From IMG/VR virus record IMGVR_UViG_2531839475_000013: a stretch of DNA of 38,377 nt. One strand, 5' to 3'. Made by a program: the position numbers and the translations under genes. Below are positions 7,767-18,462 of the stretch, one piece after another. Positions within the stretch are counted from its first letter, which is position 1; every line of letters starts with the position of its first letter. The notes under the pieces are model-generated. The model did not search any database and was not told the DNA's origin. It was given only the letters and a program-made list of their open reading frames with translations. The DNA comes from a virus. Taxonomy: Duplodnaviria; Heunggongvirae; Uroviricota; Caudoviricetes.

Positions 7767-8180
7767 TTATAAAGATGACTGATATTTTACAACTCTGTTC
7801 ATGGCATCTTTTTTCACCGAGCTGATATCAGTTCTTATTTTGGCTTCGTCATTACTGCTTATCATGCTATTAATTTTTTGCACTGACATGCCGTTTCTTT
7901 CAGCCATTGCACATACAGCAGCATCGTATGAAGAACTCGCTGCGATGGATATCACCTTGTTACACTCAAACACAGCACCTTCAGCAATATCAGATGCCGA
8001 TGAGGCTGGCTTGGTATAAGTCTTGACGTAGTGATCAATACAACTATCCTTCGCCGTCTTGGCAAGAGAAAAATCCATTTTAACTTTGTCGCAATATGCC
8101 TTATCAACACCGTCATAAACATCATAGGATGTCGAGCAAGCGGATATCAAAAATACCGATAACAGCAATAATTCCTTCAT
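7767..8180 (-). CDS. Cys-rich lipoprotein, last gene of the late operon (candidate exclusion lipoprotein)
   Basis: 137 aa; signal peptide with lipobox (MKELLLLSVFLISAC); six Cys in the mature part; lower G+C than the flanking virion genes. Confidence 0.6.
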   Translation of the reverse strand: MKELLLLSVFLISACSTSYDVYDGVDKAYCDKVKMDFSLAKTAKDSCIDHYVKTYTKPASSASDIAEGAVFECNKVISIAASSSYDAAVCAMAERNGMSVQKINSMISSNDEAKIRTDISSVKKDAMNRVVKYQSSL

Positions 8181-8189
8181 TGTTGTTCC

Positions 8190-10664
8190 TTATTGCGGAG
8201 TGACATCCTGAGGTCGCCACCAGTATGTCTGGTTAAACTCTTTCTTTGAACGTTGCTCCATTTTACGCAAATAGCCTGGTGAAAAATACTCCTGCATCTG
8301 GTTAAAGATCATGTGATCGAGAGCCGCCTTTAAGTACCAGAGATTCGCACCTGGCATCAGACCTTTCCCCAGCTTAACCAGATCACCACCAGTCTGCTCA
8401 TTCTTCCCTTCCACAGCATTTAACGGTATGCCCTGAGCAATCTTCACTACGTCATCAACCAGACCAGCTACCGGGCCAAGCATCGACGCCAACGCGCCGC
8501 TTCCGTACCTGGTGTGGTCAGAGAAAAGAAAATCACCATACAACCCTGCACCACCACCTTTTAAAAATGCATTTATCCAGAATTTAACCATGTTGTCACC
8601 GGTCATTTCTTTTGGATTTCTCCCATTAATAAGATCAGTAATCTGCATGGAAAGAGCACCAAGCATGGTTGTGCTTGCTAAAAACGTTGCTATATATGCT
8701 GCACGCCCACCAGCAGACGGCATCCCCATAGCTCTATGCCAGTGACGCATAACTACCGAGATAGGGAACGATTTAAACAGGAAAACACTTCTCGTTAATT
8801 CACCTTTCCATGTTCCACGCTGAAGACCAGACCCTACGAACATCTGTTCACGTGCGCCCGGTGTAATAACAGCCATATCAACTTCTTCAGTTACGGCACC
8901 GAGCAGTTTACGCATTGCCTCAAATTTCACGCGTTCAGGCTCACCAAGATGTTTAACTGCTGAATCAGGGATACGCATAATGCTTTCCGGTGTCAGCATC
9001 GTATTATTACCGTTCCCCCAGTCCTCCTGTTGCGCCAGCTTCCATACGCTCCAGTCTGTGTCAGTAATCCCTTTGCTTTTCAGGATACGAAAATCAGAGT
9101 CATCGAGGCTACGAAGGTCTGGTGTCCGTGACACTACTTCTCCCAGGCTTCCCATCATGGTTACGCCATAGGCGCGCTTGTGCGCATCTGACCATGCTGT
9201 AAGCCCACTGGCACGCATTACCGCCGTTGCCGCCCAACGAGACACAGACGGCCCCATATTATCCATCGCCCAGCGGTTAACGCTGCCAAGTAGAGATTCC
9301 ATCGCCAGGCCAGCGCGGCGCGCCCGCGCAAGTTCTGTACGGTTCGTTGGGTCCATAGCTTCAAGCTGGTTGCGAAATAACTGGTTCATTGGAAGGTTGG
9401 TAACCTTCGCAGACAGATACATGGTTCCAAGATCAGAGAACGATGACAGCAACGCGGATCCGAGTCTGCTGGCAACCAGCCAGTTGCGGATATTGTCAGA
9501 CCATCGCGCGATGTGCGGATTCGCTACAGGCTGTGTTTTTCCGGAAATAAAGTTGTACAAGTTCTCTGTTTTGTTCGCCAGACGCTCGACGCTACCGGTT
9601 TTACTCGGGTTAGCTGTTGCCGTTTCTGCCTTAACCTGATCAAGAAGGGAGCGGAAAACATGATCGGGGTTTGGGCCATATGTTTCCACCAGTGCAATAT
9701 CTTTACTGATACCTTCCAGGTGACCGACCATGATTTCCCATAGAGAGCGATCGCCATAAAGTTGCTGATATTGCAGATAGGAATCTGCATCTTTGAAATG
9801 TATCTGTCGTGATGCATTACCACGGTTAGCACGTGCGCCGGAAATTCGCATTCCGGTATCAGTAAGCTTATTCAGCCCACCAGTAGCGATCGTGTTATAA
9901 GCCTCTCCAAGAAATTCAGACAACTCGGCATCGTTCATCAGTTGTCCATCGGCTCGGATATAATATTTGCGATCCAGCTTACCTATAACATCGCTAACCC
10001 ACTTATCCTTTGATACCGACCCAACCTTTTCCATAGAATGATGTTGAGGGATCCCCCAGTTTTCGAGATAGCCAATGTCCCCACCAGCATCATTAAACCG
10101 GCGGCGCAGCAGCTCTGTAACTTCTCTCCACGCCTTAGCACCTTTTCTTGCTTTAGCATTGCCAGTATTTTGCCCCCGCATTTCATATACCAGGTCACGC
10201 ACGCCAGCTTCATCTTCAAACAGGCCAAAAAAGCGAGGATCAACTGCTTCAAATGCCTCTTGCAATTGACTCAATGCATAATCACGAGTGGCTTTTGTTC
10301 TGGATTCAACAGAGAGGAAATTCGATTTACCGTCTGCATTAAAAGCAATAGTACGGTTAAGAGCGCCAAGTTTCCCATCAGCCCCTTGATAGCTATTGAT
10401 AAATTTATCCAATCTCTGACGTGCGGCTATAGTGAGGGCCACACGACGTTTCTTTAATGCCGCTTCTCGCTGTAATTCTTCAGATGCCAATTGTGCTGCA
10501 CGATACAACCGTTCTGATTCGGAAAGTTGTCGCCACGACATCGGGTCATCACGAGCAATGGAGCGCATATTTCGATAAATGCGGTCTTCAATGTTCTGTA
10601 TTTCTCGCGCCGTTAACGTGCGCTGCGCCGCCTGCTGGACCGCTTGTATACATTCCTGTCTCAT
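8190..10664 (-). CDS. internal virion / DNA-ejection protein (T7 gp16-like position)
   Basis: 824-aa ORF inside the tail/ejection block; start overlaps the upstream stop (TAAATG) with a GAGAGG RBS; no catalytic motif recognised. Confidence 0.5.
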   Translation of the reverse strand: MRQECIQAVQQAAQRTLTAREIQNIEDRIYRNMRSIARDDPMSWRQLSESERLYRAAQLASEELQREAALKKRRVALTIAARQRLDKFINSYQGADGKLGALNRTIAFNADGKSNFLSVESRTKATRDYALSQLQEAFEAVDPRFFGLFEDEAGVRDLVYEMRGQNTGNAKARKGAKAWREVTELLRRRFNDAGGDIGYLENWGIPQHHSMEKVGSVSKDKWVSDVIGKLDRKYYIRADGQLMNDAELSEFLGEAYNTIATGGLNKLTDTGMRISGARANRGNASRQIHFKDADSYLQYQQLYGDRSLWEIMVGHLEGISKDIALVETYGPNPDHVFRSLLDQVKAETATANPSKTGSVERLANKTENLYNFISGKTQPVANPHIARWSDNIRNWLVASRLGSALLSSFSDLGTMYLSAKVTNLPMNQLFRNQLEAMDPTNRTELARARRAGLAMESLLGSVNRWAMDNMGPSVSRWAATAVMRASGLTAWSDAHKRAYGVTMMGSLGEVVSRTPDLRSLDDSDFRILKSKGITDTDWSVWKLAQQEDWGNGNNTMLTPESIMRIPDSAVKHLGEPERVKFEAMRKLLGAVTEEVDMAVITPGAREQMFVGSGLQRGTWKGELTRSVFLFKSFPISVVMRHWHRAMGMPSAGGRAAYIATFLASTTMLGALSMQITDLINGRNPKEMTGDNMVKFWINAFLKGGGAGLYGDFLFSDHTRYGSGALASMLGPVAGLVDDVVKIAQGIPLNAVEGKNEQTGGDLVKLGKGLMPGANLWYLKAALDHMIFNQMQEYFSPGYLRKMEQRSKKEFNQTYWWRPQDVTPQ

Positions 10665-10669
10665 TTAAT

Positions 10670-12472
10670 TTAACCTCTCAAGAAACACGCCACAGCAACA
10701 TCAAACAGGCTGGAATCCTGTATTGCCTGCTCACTTTCCCTGTTCGCTTCATCCAGTACTTCACGCGCACTGCGCGATTGTGGATTACCATCATCATCCA
10801 GCACGGTGATTATCATGTCCGGAGATTCAAGCAGCGAGTCTTCAGCTATACGCAGATCAATATCTCCTGCCGGATCTGCCATCATTTTTTGTTCTGTCTG
10901 TTGCAATATCTTACCGGGCTCAAAAGGAGCTACTTCGTCTGGCGTCCTGACCTCTGCTGTTTTATAGAATGAAACAGCCTGAGCATTAAGTTCACTTTCT
11001 GCCTGCTGTCGCCGTGCCAGTTCTGCTCGAGCTTCAAAAAACTGACCTCCAGGCTCGTGCGGCGCCAACGCGTTACGGGAAAATTCCAGGCGTTCTTGTG
11101 CCTGCCGGATTCGTTGATCAATATCGCGAAGTCTGGCCTGTTTATCTGATCGAGCACGAGACAAAGCTTTACCGCTACCGGTTGGCTCTTCTGCAAGAAT
11201 TTGTGCACGCTGTTCAGTGAGATTGTCGATAATTCGTTGGCTATTAGCGATTTCAGACTGGTAAACCTGTCTATCGCCACGCGGCAAAAGCTGCGCAGCC
11301 TGTTCTTCAAGCAACCGATTTTCGATAGCGCGCGCCGTTACTCCATCATCTACAGATGACAGAGCCTCATTAACTGCCTGAGACAGCAGATTCTTGCGCC
11401 CAGGAATTTCACTGAAAGATGCAGACTCAACAATGCTGGCAACGTCTACAGGTCTCCCCTGGCTAACATCAGACATAGCTTTTCGCAGAGCCTGAATGTG
11501 AGAATTGCGCGAAAGCACGTTGATCGGCACGCCGGGAGCAATATCAATTTCAGCATGATGAGCGGCATTCGCCGCCAGTGCAGCATCGATATCAACTGGT
11601 GAAAAATTTGGTGCGCTTGTAGACTCGCCGCGAGAGTTAATAAATCTGCCGACACCACCAAACGCCACCCCAAGAACAGCATCAATAGCAATTGCCTGTC
11701 GATCCAACACATCATACTGGTTAGCCATTTCGCTATAGCCACCATCACGAAGCGTTTTTGCAGTAAGCCCACGCTGTGCCATACCGAACGCAATATTTGT
11801 ACCTGCGGCATAGGCAATATCTGGCGTTGCACGTACTGCTGTTGCTGCGGCGCGTCGCACTGAACTCTCACCCGTCCGCGCAAGCTGAGCCGCCACACCT
11901 TCCGCCAGCGCACCACCAGCACGTAACCCGAGGCTCATAGGGATCAGTGTTCCGGCACCAGCAGTAATGCCCTGCACTAATCCCGCTTCCTGCGCCGTCC
12001 TGAAATCAACACCCTGTGCTGTCAGCCGTTCAAACTCAGAAAAACCCTGTAGCGAAGTTACCGCCGCTGCACCTCCGACAGGACCACCGAGCGTTGTACC
12101 GACAACAGCCTGCCCGCCCATATCGAACAACCCATAAAGAACCTGCCCGGCGGTTCCGGTTGTCGCGGCATCAGGCGTCAGCCGCTTAACCTGCTGCTCT
12201 GCTAGTTTTCTCTGCTCAGCAATGTATGAAACTGAAGTGTCATTGAGCGAGGTGTTTTCGTTAACAAACTGAGCAATCGGGGATACGATTTTATCCATCC
12301 CTGCCCATAGCAACTGATCTGGCTTTGCCACCAGCCCGGAGTACAAACCAGACAATGCCGCTCCTACAGCGTTGTCGAAAAAACCAACATCGCTGTTAAA
12401 GCCAGCTGGATTTGATGCTGCTTCGTCAAGCTGCTGATTCTGGTTTACTGGATTAAGGCCAAAGTAACTCAT
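10670..12472 (-). CDS. internal virion protein (Gly/Ala-rich)
   Basis: 600 aa, Gly/Ala-rich N-terminal half and coiled-coil-like C-terminal half; 4-nt overlap with the upstream gene. Confidence 0.5.
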   Translation of the reverse strand: MSYFGLNPVNQNQQLDEAASNPAGFNSDVGFFDNAVGAALSGLYSGLVAKPDQLLWAGMDKIVSPIAQFVNENTSLNDTSVSYIAEQRKLAEQQVKRLTPDAATTGTAGQVLYGLFDMGGQAVVGTTLGGPVGGAAAVTSLQGFSEFERLTAQGVDFRTAQEAGLVQGITAGAGTLIPMSLGLRAGGALAEGVAAQLARTGESSVRRAAATAVRATPDIAYAAGTNIAFGMAQRGLTAKTLRDGGYSEMANQYDVLDRQAIAIDAVLGVAFGGVGRFINSRGESTSAPNFSPVDIDAALAANAAHHAEIDIAPGVPINVLSRNSHIQALRKAMSDVSQGRPVDVASIVESASFSEIPGRKNLLSQAVNEALSSVDDGVTARAIENRLLEEQAAQLLPRGDRQVYQSEIANSQRIIDNLTEQRAQILAEEPTGSGKALSRARSDKQARLRDIDQRIRQAQERLEFSRNALAPHEPGGQFFEARAELARRQQAESELNAQAVSFYKTAEVRTPDEVAPFEPGKILQQTEQKMMADPAGDIDLRIAEDSLLESPDMIITVLDDDGNPQSRSAREVLDEANRESEQAIQDSSLFDVAVACFLRG

Positions 12473-14982
12473 TGAGGAATATCTCCGGAGAATCTCTGAC
12501 GCTTCTGTGTCAGATTAAGAACAACGGGAGAACCATCGTCTTTCAGCAGATAACCAGTACCAAGTTTCACCAGGTACTGACTATCGCCGTAACTTTGCAA
12601 ACCATACTGACCAGGCGGTGTTTTTATCCCGGAGCCGACAACTTGTTCATTCCAAGCCTGATTAACCTGCTTATCGAATTGCTCTGCAGACATTCCCCAC
12701 GGCAAAAGGACATTCCCCATTCCGTTATAGTCATGCACGCCACCTGTAGCTACGTTAACAGCCTGTTTCCAGACATCATTGTCAATTTCGCCTGATACCA
12801 CGCCTTTTTTCGCCATCACACCAGCGTAATAATCCTTTGCGATCTCGTATGCCATTGATGCCCCCTGAGCGTCACCAGCAAATGCATCCTTCACCATGTC
12901 AGAAAACTCAAGGCGAAGATCAGCATCTTTAGGCATCGGAATACCTTTCGCATCATCAGTACCTTTACGAGCCGCCGCGCCAGCAATAATTGTCTGCGCA
13001 GCGGTTTCAGGAGACACGGAAACATCCGGATTAAACCAGTTTTTTTCTGCCAAAATACCACCAGGCTTATCCATCAGTATCCCGGCAACGGCAGCAGATG
13101 GAGCGTTGGCGCTGATCTGCTGTAGTGCTGACATATACACCTGCCCACCACCAGTGCTCTGCCTGATGGTATCGAGATATGCTGCCTGTTGGGAAACGGG
13201 CGCATCACGAAAGAAAACACCGATCTGATTGGCCTCGTCTTTGGAAAAGAACGTCAGTGGAGTGCCATATGACTTAGCAAGGTCACTGACCTGAGCAGCA
13301 CGCAAGGCAACGCTCTGTCCAAAGTTATCCTTATTGCTCATGTCGATAGGCTTTGCCTGTCCGGCGGAAAGAGAGAACTGTACAGGATCAGCCTGTCGCT
13401 GCTTTATCACCTGACTTGCAGCCGACACAACGTTGTCATAAAGAGCGGCTCGTGCCGCATAACCCTCCCCTGTCTCACCAGTATCCGGGCGTAATTGCTC
13501 AACATATGCTGTAATGCTGCTTGTCGGCATGTTGCGGAAAGAGCCTATATACTGTCCGGCGATTTGCGTATTTCTGAACTCGGTATATCGCAGGTTTCCT
13601 TCTCTTACTCCATAAGCTGCAATAAAATCAGCCTCACCAGGTGGGTTAGGAAATTCAACGCCACGCATATACGCAGCTGTCGCATCGCGAACCTGACTGT
13701 CAATCATCGTTTTATATTCAGCCTGCTGCTGCCGACGCAGTTGACCCGCCTGTCGCATAAAACTTGCCTGCGCCTCAGGAGATGCCGCATCGAATGCTGC
13801 ATTACCGGTATAGCGTTTGGTGTTGGTTGGAATTGTTGATAAACCAAGTGCTGCACTGACACCAGCAGTTAACTGCTGATCACTGTATGGCTGGCTACCG
13901 TTCTCATGATGGATAATGGCTGCACAAAGCGCCTTCAGGGTATCAGGATTTGATGCATCGAGAGGCTCATCAGCAGAAACGCCAAGTTGTTCGCACACCG
14001 CTTTGATATACGACATAGTGTCATTTTTATCAGCAGGCGGTGCCCAGCGATTAATTATCTCGCTGACGGTATCAATACCCTGCCTCTGATACGACATCAG
14101 GTTCCGCCCTAATGCACGAATCCCGTGTTCAGGTGTTTCGAATTTAGCAAATCGACCATCATCACCGGTCTGGCCTACCCACGGATTAGTTTTGCTGTAT
14201 TCGAGATTTCCTGGGTTATTGTTGCGTATGCCACGGGCACGCTCGGAAGAGTCACTATCTGCTACAGCACGGCGAGCTCCAGCAGCAGTATCACTTAACT
14301 CGCCATTACTTTGGATGAATGCGGTCGCATTGTTTGCCGACCACTGGGACAATGCAGCATCAGCAACCTTCTCTTTAAACTCGATTTTCTTGGCCTGGAT
14401 TTGCTCGTTGCTCCAGCCATGTGCAACACCGTACTCCTCAATTTGCTGGAAAGTTTGCTTGTTAGCCAATACGTATGCGGCGTTGTCGCCATACAATGCT
14501 GCGGCATTTTTACCATTGTTCAGCAGTGTCGCCTGAAACTGGCCTTCTTCGTAGGCATTAATTTGCCCTATCTCGTGTCGCCCGGCCTGCGTAGTGAACT
14601 GAATGCGCTGCTGCTGCGCCTGCTGCATGAAAGCATTACGAGCCTGTTCATCCGGCAGAGACATAGCCAGTTGTTCGACCTGAGCATCAAACTGCTGCGT
14701 ATACTCATGGCCTTTTCCAATAGCATTTTTCCCTTTCAGGTTAAGCAATCCTGTTTCAGGATTATTCAGCAGATCGCTGCTTATCTGACTGAGGTTAAGA
14801 GATGCCTCCTGAGCCAGAGCGATATTGGCACGCTGTTTTGCCTGCCCCAAAACATCAATTGCCTCTGCCCCTGCCCGAACAAAAGCATCACCAATACCTG
14901 GCTGAGAAAACGTCTGCAAGCCTGCTGACTGAACTCCACGGCTCTGAACCTGACGGCCGGATACTGTTGGTACGACTGGCAT
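12469..14982 (-). CDS. internal virion protein with a putative cell-wall hydrolase-like segment
   Basis: Start reassigned to the ATG at 14982 (RBS GGAGGA, 1-nt TAATG overlap with the upstream stop) rather than the ORF-track start at 15057; contains GIRNNNPGNLEY...IINRWAPPADKNDT, which I associate with phage virion peptidoglycan-active domains but cannot assign to a named family. Confidence 0.45.
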   Translation of the reverse strand: MPVVPTVSGRQVQSRGVQSAGLQTFSQPGIGDAFVRAGAEAIDVLGQAKQRANIALAQEASLNLSQISSDLLNNPETGLLNLKGKNAIGKGHEYTQQFDAQVEQLAMSLPDEQARNAFMQQAQQQRIQFTTQAGRHEIGQINAYEEGQFQATLLNNGKNAAALYGDNAAYVLANKQTFQQIEEYGVAHGWSNEQIQAKKIEFKEKVADAALSQWSANNATAFIQSNGELSDTAAGARRAVADSDSSERARGIRNNNPGNLEYSKTNPWVGQTGDDGRFAKFETPEHGIRALGRNLMSYQRQGIDTVSEIINRWAPPADKNDTMSYIKAVCEQLGVSADEPLDASNPDTLKALCAAIIHHENGSQPYSDQQLTAGVSAALGLSTIPTNTKRYTGNAAFDAASPEAQASFMRQAGQLRRQQQAEYKTMIDSQVRDATAAYMRGVEFPNPPGEADFIAAYGVREGNLRYTEFRNTQIAGQYIGSFRNMPTSSITAYVEQLRPDTGETGEGYAARAALYDNVVSAASQVIKQRQADPVQFSLSAGQAKPIDMSNKDNFGQSVALRAAQVSDLAKSYGTPLTFFSKDEANQIGVFFRDAPVSQQAAYLDTIRQSTGGGQVYMSALQQISANAPSAAVAGILMDKPGGILAEKNWFNPDVSVSPETAAQTIIAGAAARKGTDDAKGIPMPKDADLRLEFSDMVKDAFAGDAQGASMAYEIAKDYYAGVMAKKGVVSGEIDNDVWKQAVNVATGGVHDYNGMGNVLLPWGMSAEQFDKQVNQAWNEQVVGSGIKTPPGQYGLQSYGDSQYLVKLGTGYLLKDDGSPVVLNLTQKRQRFSGDIPQ

Positions 14983-15527
14983 TATAATCCTCCGGGTAAT
15001 CTGGTTCCTGCTGCTGCCCCGATTGGCGCAGGGGTGCTTTGAGTAAACGGACTCCACGTCCCACCAAACATCTGGTACGCACCGTATGCCTTCAGAGGCG
15101 CAGTGAGCAATGTTGTTGCTGCTCCCACATTCCCCTGTTTACGGGCTGAACTGGCTTCTGCTTTATAGTTGGCAGCCTGAACCTGATAACCGTAAGCCTC
15201 GCGTTGCGCGTTATTCACCGTCGTCAGCGAATCAAGAGCGCCAAACTGGGCAGTGTCGCCAAATATATCCAGCGCGTTACCGGTAGATAAATCGGCGCCG
15301 GTCGCCCCCATTGTCGCCGCTTGAGTACCAAGCCGCTGTCGGGTCTCTCTGCGCCGTTGCTCAGCTTCAGCGTTACCTCTGTTTATTGCATCATTTGCCT
15401 GAGCTGTGGCTATATCTGCGTTCGCTTCTGCAACCTTCGAGGCATACTTTCCCTGTTGGTACTGGGTGTATGCCTGAATGCCACTCATGGCGAGCATTGC
15501 GCCACCAGCAATAACCGGATCGCACAT
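14982..15527 (-). CDS. internal virion protein (T7 gp14-like position)
   Basis: 181 aa, Ala/Gln/Gly-rich; in the ejection-protein block. Confidence 0.4.
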   Translation of the reverse strand: MCDPVIAGGAMLAMSGIQAYTQYQQGKYASKVAEANADIATAQANDAINRGNAEAEQRRRETRQRLGTQAATMGATGADLSTGNALDIFGDTAQFGALDSLTTVNNAQREAYGYQVQAANYKAEASSARKQGNVGAATTLLTAPLKAYGAYQMFGGTWSPFTQSTPAPIGAAAGTRLPGGL

Positions 15528-15991
15528 TATTTTCTCTCCATGTGAAATCTGTGGAAATTAAGACCAAGAGCACCATAAGGCGCGGCTTCTTCAAGCCTGA
15601 ATCCAAGCCAGTGCAGCCATGCTTTGGCAACATGGTTTCGCTCGTCGACGTAGTTTTCCAGGCGCGGATAAACTGCCAGCATCTGCTGCAATACAGGTCG
15701 GCAGTGGCGAAGAAATGTCTTCTGATATTTTTCAATACGGCTGGTTCCGACCAGCCAGGGTGTACCATTGCCACCGATCATTGACGCCGGAGATACACCA
15801 AACATGGTTACCAGTTCTCCGTTCGCGAACCCTGACCAGGCCATAGTCGCAGTGCGAAGACCAACACGCAGCGCATCTTCGGTAGTCATCAGCGATACCG
15901 CATACAGTTCGTCAATATCAGCCTGACGAACATCCGGCAAAATCATCTGAAGATGCTCTTCGGTGGCGGGAATAATTCGAACATCGATCAT
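15527..15991 (-). CDS. virion assembly/internal protein (T7 gp13-like position)
   Basis: 154 aa; start/stop overlaps with both neighbours. Confidence 0.4.
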   Translation of the reverse strand: MIDVRIIPATEEHLQMILPDVRQADIDELYAVSLMTTEDALRVGLRTATMAWSGFANGELVTMFGVSPASMIGGNGTPWLVGTSRIEKYQKTFLRHCRPVLQQMLAVYPRLENYVDERNHVAKAWLHWLGFRLEEAAPYGALGLNFHRFHMERK

Positions 15992-18462
15992 CAGAATCCC
16001 CCAACAGTAAGACGAGGAATAACGGCAAGAACAGACAGCGGCAACGGGTCAAGCTGACGGATTCTTACACGTCCGTTTTTGCCCCAGTTACTGTCCAGTT
16101 TCACTTCTACTTTTCCGGTAGCGTCATCAACAGGATCATCGTAGAACTCGAATTCACGCTGTGGATATTCGTACCATTTACCGCCGGGCGTAGTCGCCCA
16201 GATGCCGCGACTGGCATTCACAACCAGAGTAACGGACGGGATCACCTGTTTTTTGTCCAGCAGCGTTTCCTGTCCGTTAATGTTGATATCCAGTGTTTCG
16301 AATTCAGCAGTTATTGGCAGGCCGATGTGCACAACAGCCCCAGGTGATTCCAGCGTGACGGCACCTCCGGAAACCACTTTCTGTGGTTCCACGTTCGCAT
16401 CAGAGAGAATGTTTACGGTCTGGCCTTCAAGATGAGACAGGCCTCCAAATGTCCGGCGCGCCATCTGCCAGTTCGTGGTAGCCACATTCCTGAGGGATGG
16501 CGGGACGTTCCTGTTAGCACGAACCACTACAGCGGTATTGCTGGTTACAGAAATGATGTCGCAACGTAATTCTTTTGACACTTCATCGCCAGTATCAGGA
16601 TCAGTTCCGGTATAAGGGAACTGTAGTTGAGCACCGACATCACTACTGGTGAAGTACGCACCACCAGAAACACTGATTGTATATTCCGCGCGGTAATCCC
16701 ATTCGCCAGAACCACCAGTGACGATCATCGTTCTGTCAGACGTATTTCTTCCATCATAGCTAAGGCCAGAATCAACAAAGAAAGCATCTTCATCGCTGGT
16801 AAATAAACGGCTGGACAGTCGCTCTATGTATCTCACTGTTTGCCCGTTAACGGTTCGGTTAACGACGAAATACACCGCATCTTCATTGCCTTCGCTGATA
16901 CTGCATGTGCTTTCATATTTTCCGGTACTGGATTGTGGTGCCCATGCAAAAACCTGCTGATCACGCAAATAGGTCATCACCAGTAATTTACCGTCATCAC
17001 GAATGCAGAAGGCGCTGGAGTAAGGGACAATCGAGAAGCACCAGTCAACAATGCTGTGCTTCTGAAAAAGATGATTGGCAAGGATGGTCAGGTCGTTCCC
17101 CTGATAGCCGTCAACATCGAATGAGTAGGCCAGATCACGGACAACACTGCCTTTCTCCTGGACGAACAGAGCAATATTCGCCACGGCAATTGGTGGGACA
17201 TTGCTCGAGCCATTTGATCCCTGAGAGCTGAATGCAAATGATGATGGGGTAAGCACTTTGTTCTGGTCGCCAGTGATGACGTACTCACCTCCGGAAGTCA
17301 GCGCCACCAGCGAACCAACATCAATCAGGTGACGGATCTCATTAACCTGACGCCCGGCATAGGTGTAGATAATTCTGTCGTCATCCTGCGTAGGATTGCT
17401 TTTGCCAAAATCCTTATAATCCCCGGTACGGCTGGCCCAGATAGTCTGAGGGAACGCAGTCGATGCGGCGAAGTAAAGGCGTTGTTGATAATAAACAACA
17501 GTGCCAGGATAACCGTTAATACTGTTCCAGGCATATTTAGCCCATTTATAGCTGGCATTATCCTCGCCAACTACCTGCGAAGGGATATAGGAAATCACCT
17601 CGGCAGTTGCAGTAGTTCCATTTGCAGCAGAGATACGGGCAATGCCAAAACCACTGTGCAGATACTCCCACTCAATGCCGGTATCATCATCACCGGATCC
17701 GCCCCAGCCATCCCATGATGTGCCTTCTGTATGCGAAGGGCGCAAAGTGCCTGTTTTGCCTGCTGTAACGGCGCGATAGTAGTTACTGTCTGCACGGCGA
17801 ATATCGCCAATCGACGTACTCTTACTGGTTTCCCATACCGGCACAGAATCCACTGCAGGCTGTTCCAGATAGAACAATTTGCCTACCTGCTCCGCGCCAA
17901 AAATTGAGGCGCTTGCCGTTAACGTAATTGTCCCGGTGCTGGCGCTGGCATAAACCGTCACTGACTCGTCAATATTGATATCTTCAAATGGCCCGTTCTT
18001 CGTTACCACATCAACCAGTTGCCAGTTGTCATGCGCATAGCGGCGCAACTCTTTCGGCGGGTATGCCGGATGAACCAGCGTAAGCACGTCTGCGCTTTGC
18101 GTGAATTTAATTCGGAACAGATCGGCTTCAGTATATGGCGTGGCAATTTCATAAATAACATTGCTGCTGTTCAGCACCAACGCACCATCTTTGATAACGC
18201 GCATGTACTGGTGTCCGAACTCCAGAGCATAAGTCTGAACCGTCGAGAACTGGAACGGGATTAGGCGGCATTTCCGATTTGGGTATTTGGCGGCACCGAC
18301 AAAACGCGTACCAGGTCGATTCTCAACGCCGCCATACTGCCGCACGATAAAGTTATCGCACTTGCGCAATGCCACCTGGTACTTCGCCATGTCGATACGA
18401 CCGTACAACGACGGTCCAATCTCACCACCGGCAAAGCTGGGCTGGATCCAACTGATAGCCAT
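15991..18462 (-). CDS. tail tubular (nozzle) protein B-like
   Basis: 823 aa directly after a ~200-aa gene, matching the T7 gp11/gp12 size and order; call is by synteny and size. Confidence 0.55.
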   Translation of the reverse strand: MAISWIQPSFAGGEIGPSLYGRIDMAKYQVALRKCDNFIVRQYGGVENRPGTRFVGAAKYPNRKCRLIPFQFSTVQTYALEFGHQYMRVIKDGALVLNSSNVIYEIATPYTEADLFRIKFTQSADVLTLVHPAYPPKELRRYAHDNWQLVDVVTKNGPFEDINIDESVTVYASASTGTITLTASASIFGAEQVGKLFYLEQPAVDSVPVWETSKSTSIGDIRRADSNYYRAVTAGKTGTLRPSHTEGTSWDGWGGSGDDDTGIEWEYLHSGFGIARISAANGTTATAEVISYIPSQVVGEDNASYKWAKYAWNSINGYPGTVVYYQQRLYFAASTAFPQTIWASRTGDYKDFGKSNPTQDDDRIIYTYAGRQVNEIRHLIDVGSLVALTSGGEYVITGDQNKVLTPSSFAFSSQGSNGSSNVPPIAVANIALFVQEKGSVVRDLAYSFDVDGYQGNDLTILANHLFQKHSIVDWCFSIVPYSSAFCIRDDGKLLVMTYLRDQQVFAWAPQSSTGKYESTCSISEGNEDAVYFVVNRTVNGQTVRYIERLSSRLFTSDEDAFFVDSGLSYDGRNTSDRTMIVTGGSGEWDYRAEYTISVSGGAYFTSSDVGAQLQFPYTGTDPDTGDEVSKELRCDIISVTSNTAVVVRANRNVPPSLRNVATTNWQMARRTFGGLSHLEGQTVNILSDANVEPQKVVSGGAVTLESPGAVVHIGLPITAEFETLDININGQETLLDKKQVIPSVTLVVNASRGIWATTPGGKWYEYPQREFEFYDDPVDDATGKVEVKLDSNWGKNGRVRIRQLDPLPLSVLAVIPRLTVGGF

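Noticed and set aside
9178-9639. Plus-strand ORFs inside the large minus-strand virion genes (also e.g. 14311..14928, 22394..23131, 10457..10972)
   Set aside because: Antisense to long, contiguous, translationally coupled structural genes; Arg/Ser/Cys-rich translations typical of out-of-frame reading; no RBS noted.
14983-15057. ORF-track start at 15057 for the 862-aa virion protein
   Set aside because: The extension overlaps the preceding gene by 75 nt with no RBS; the ATG at 14982 has a GGAGGA RBS and a 1-nt stop/start overlap.
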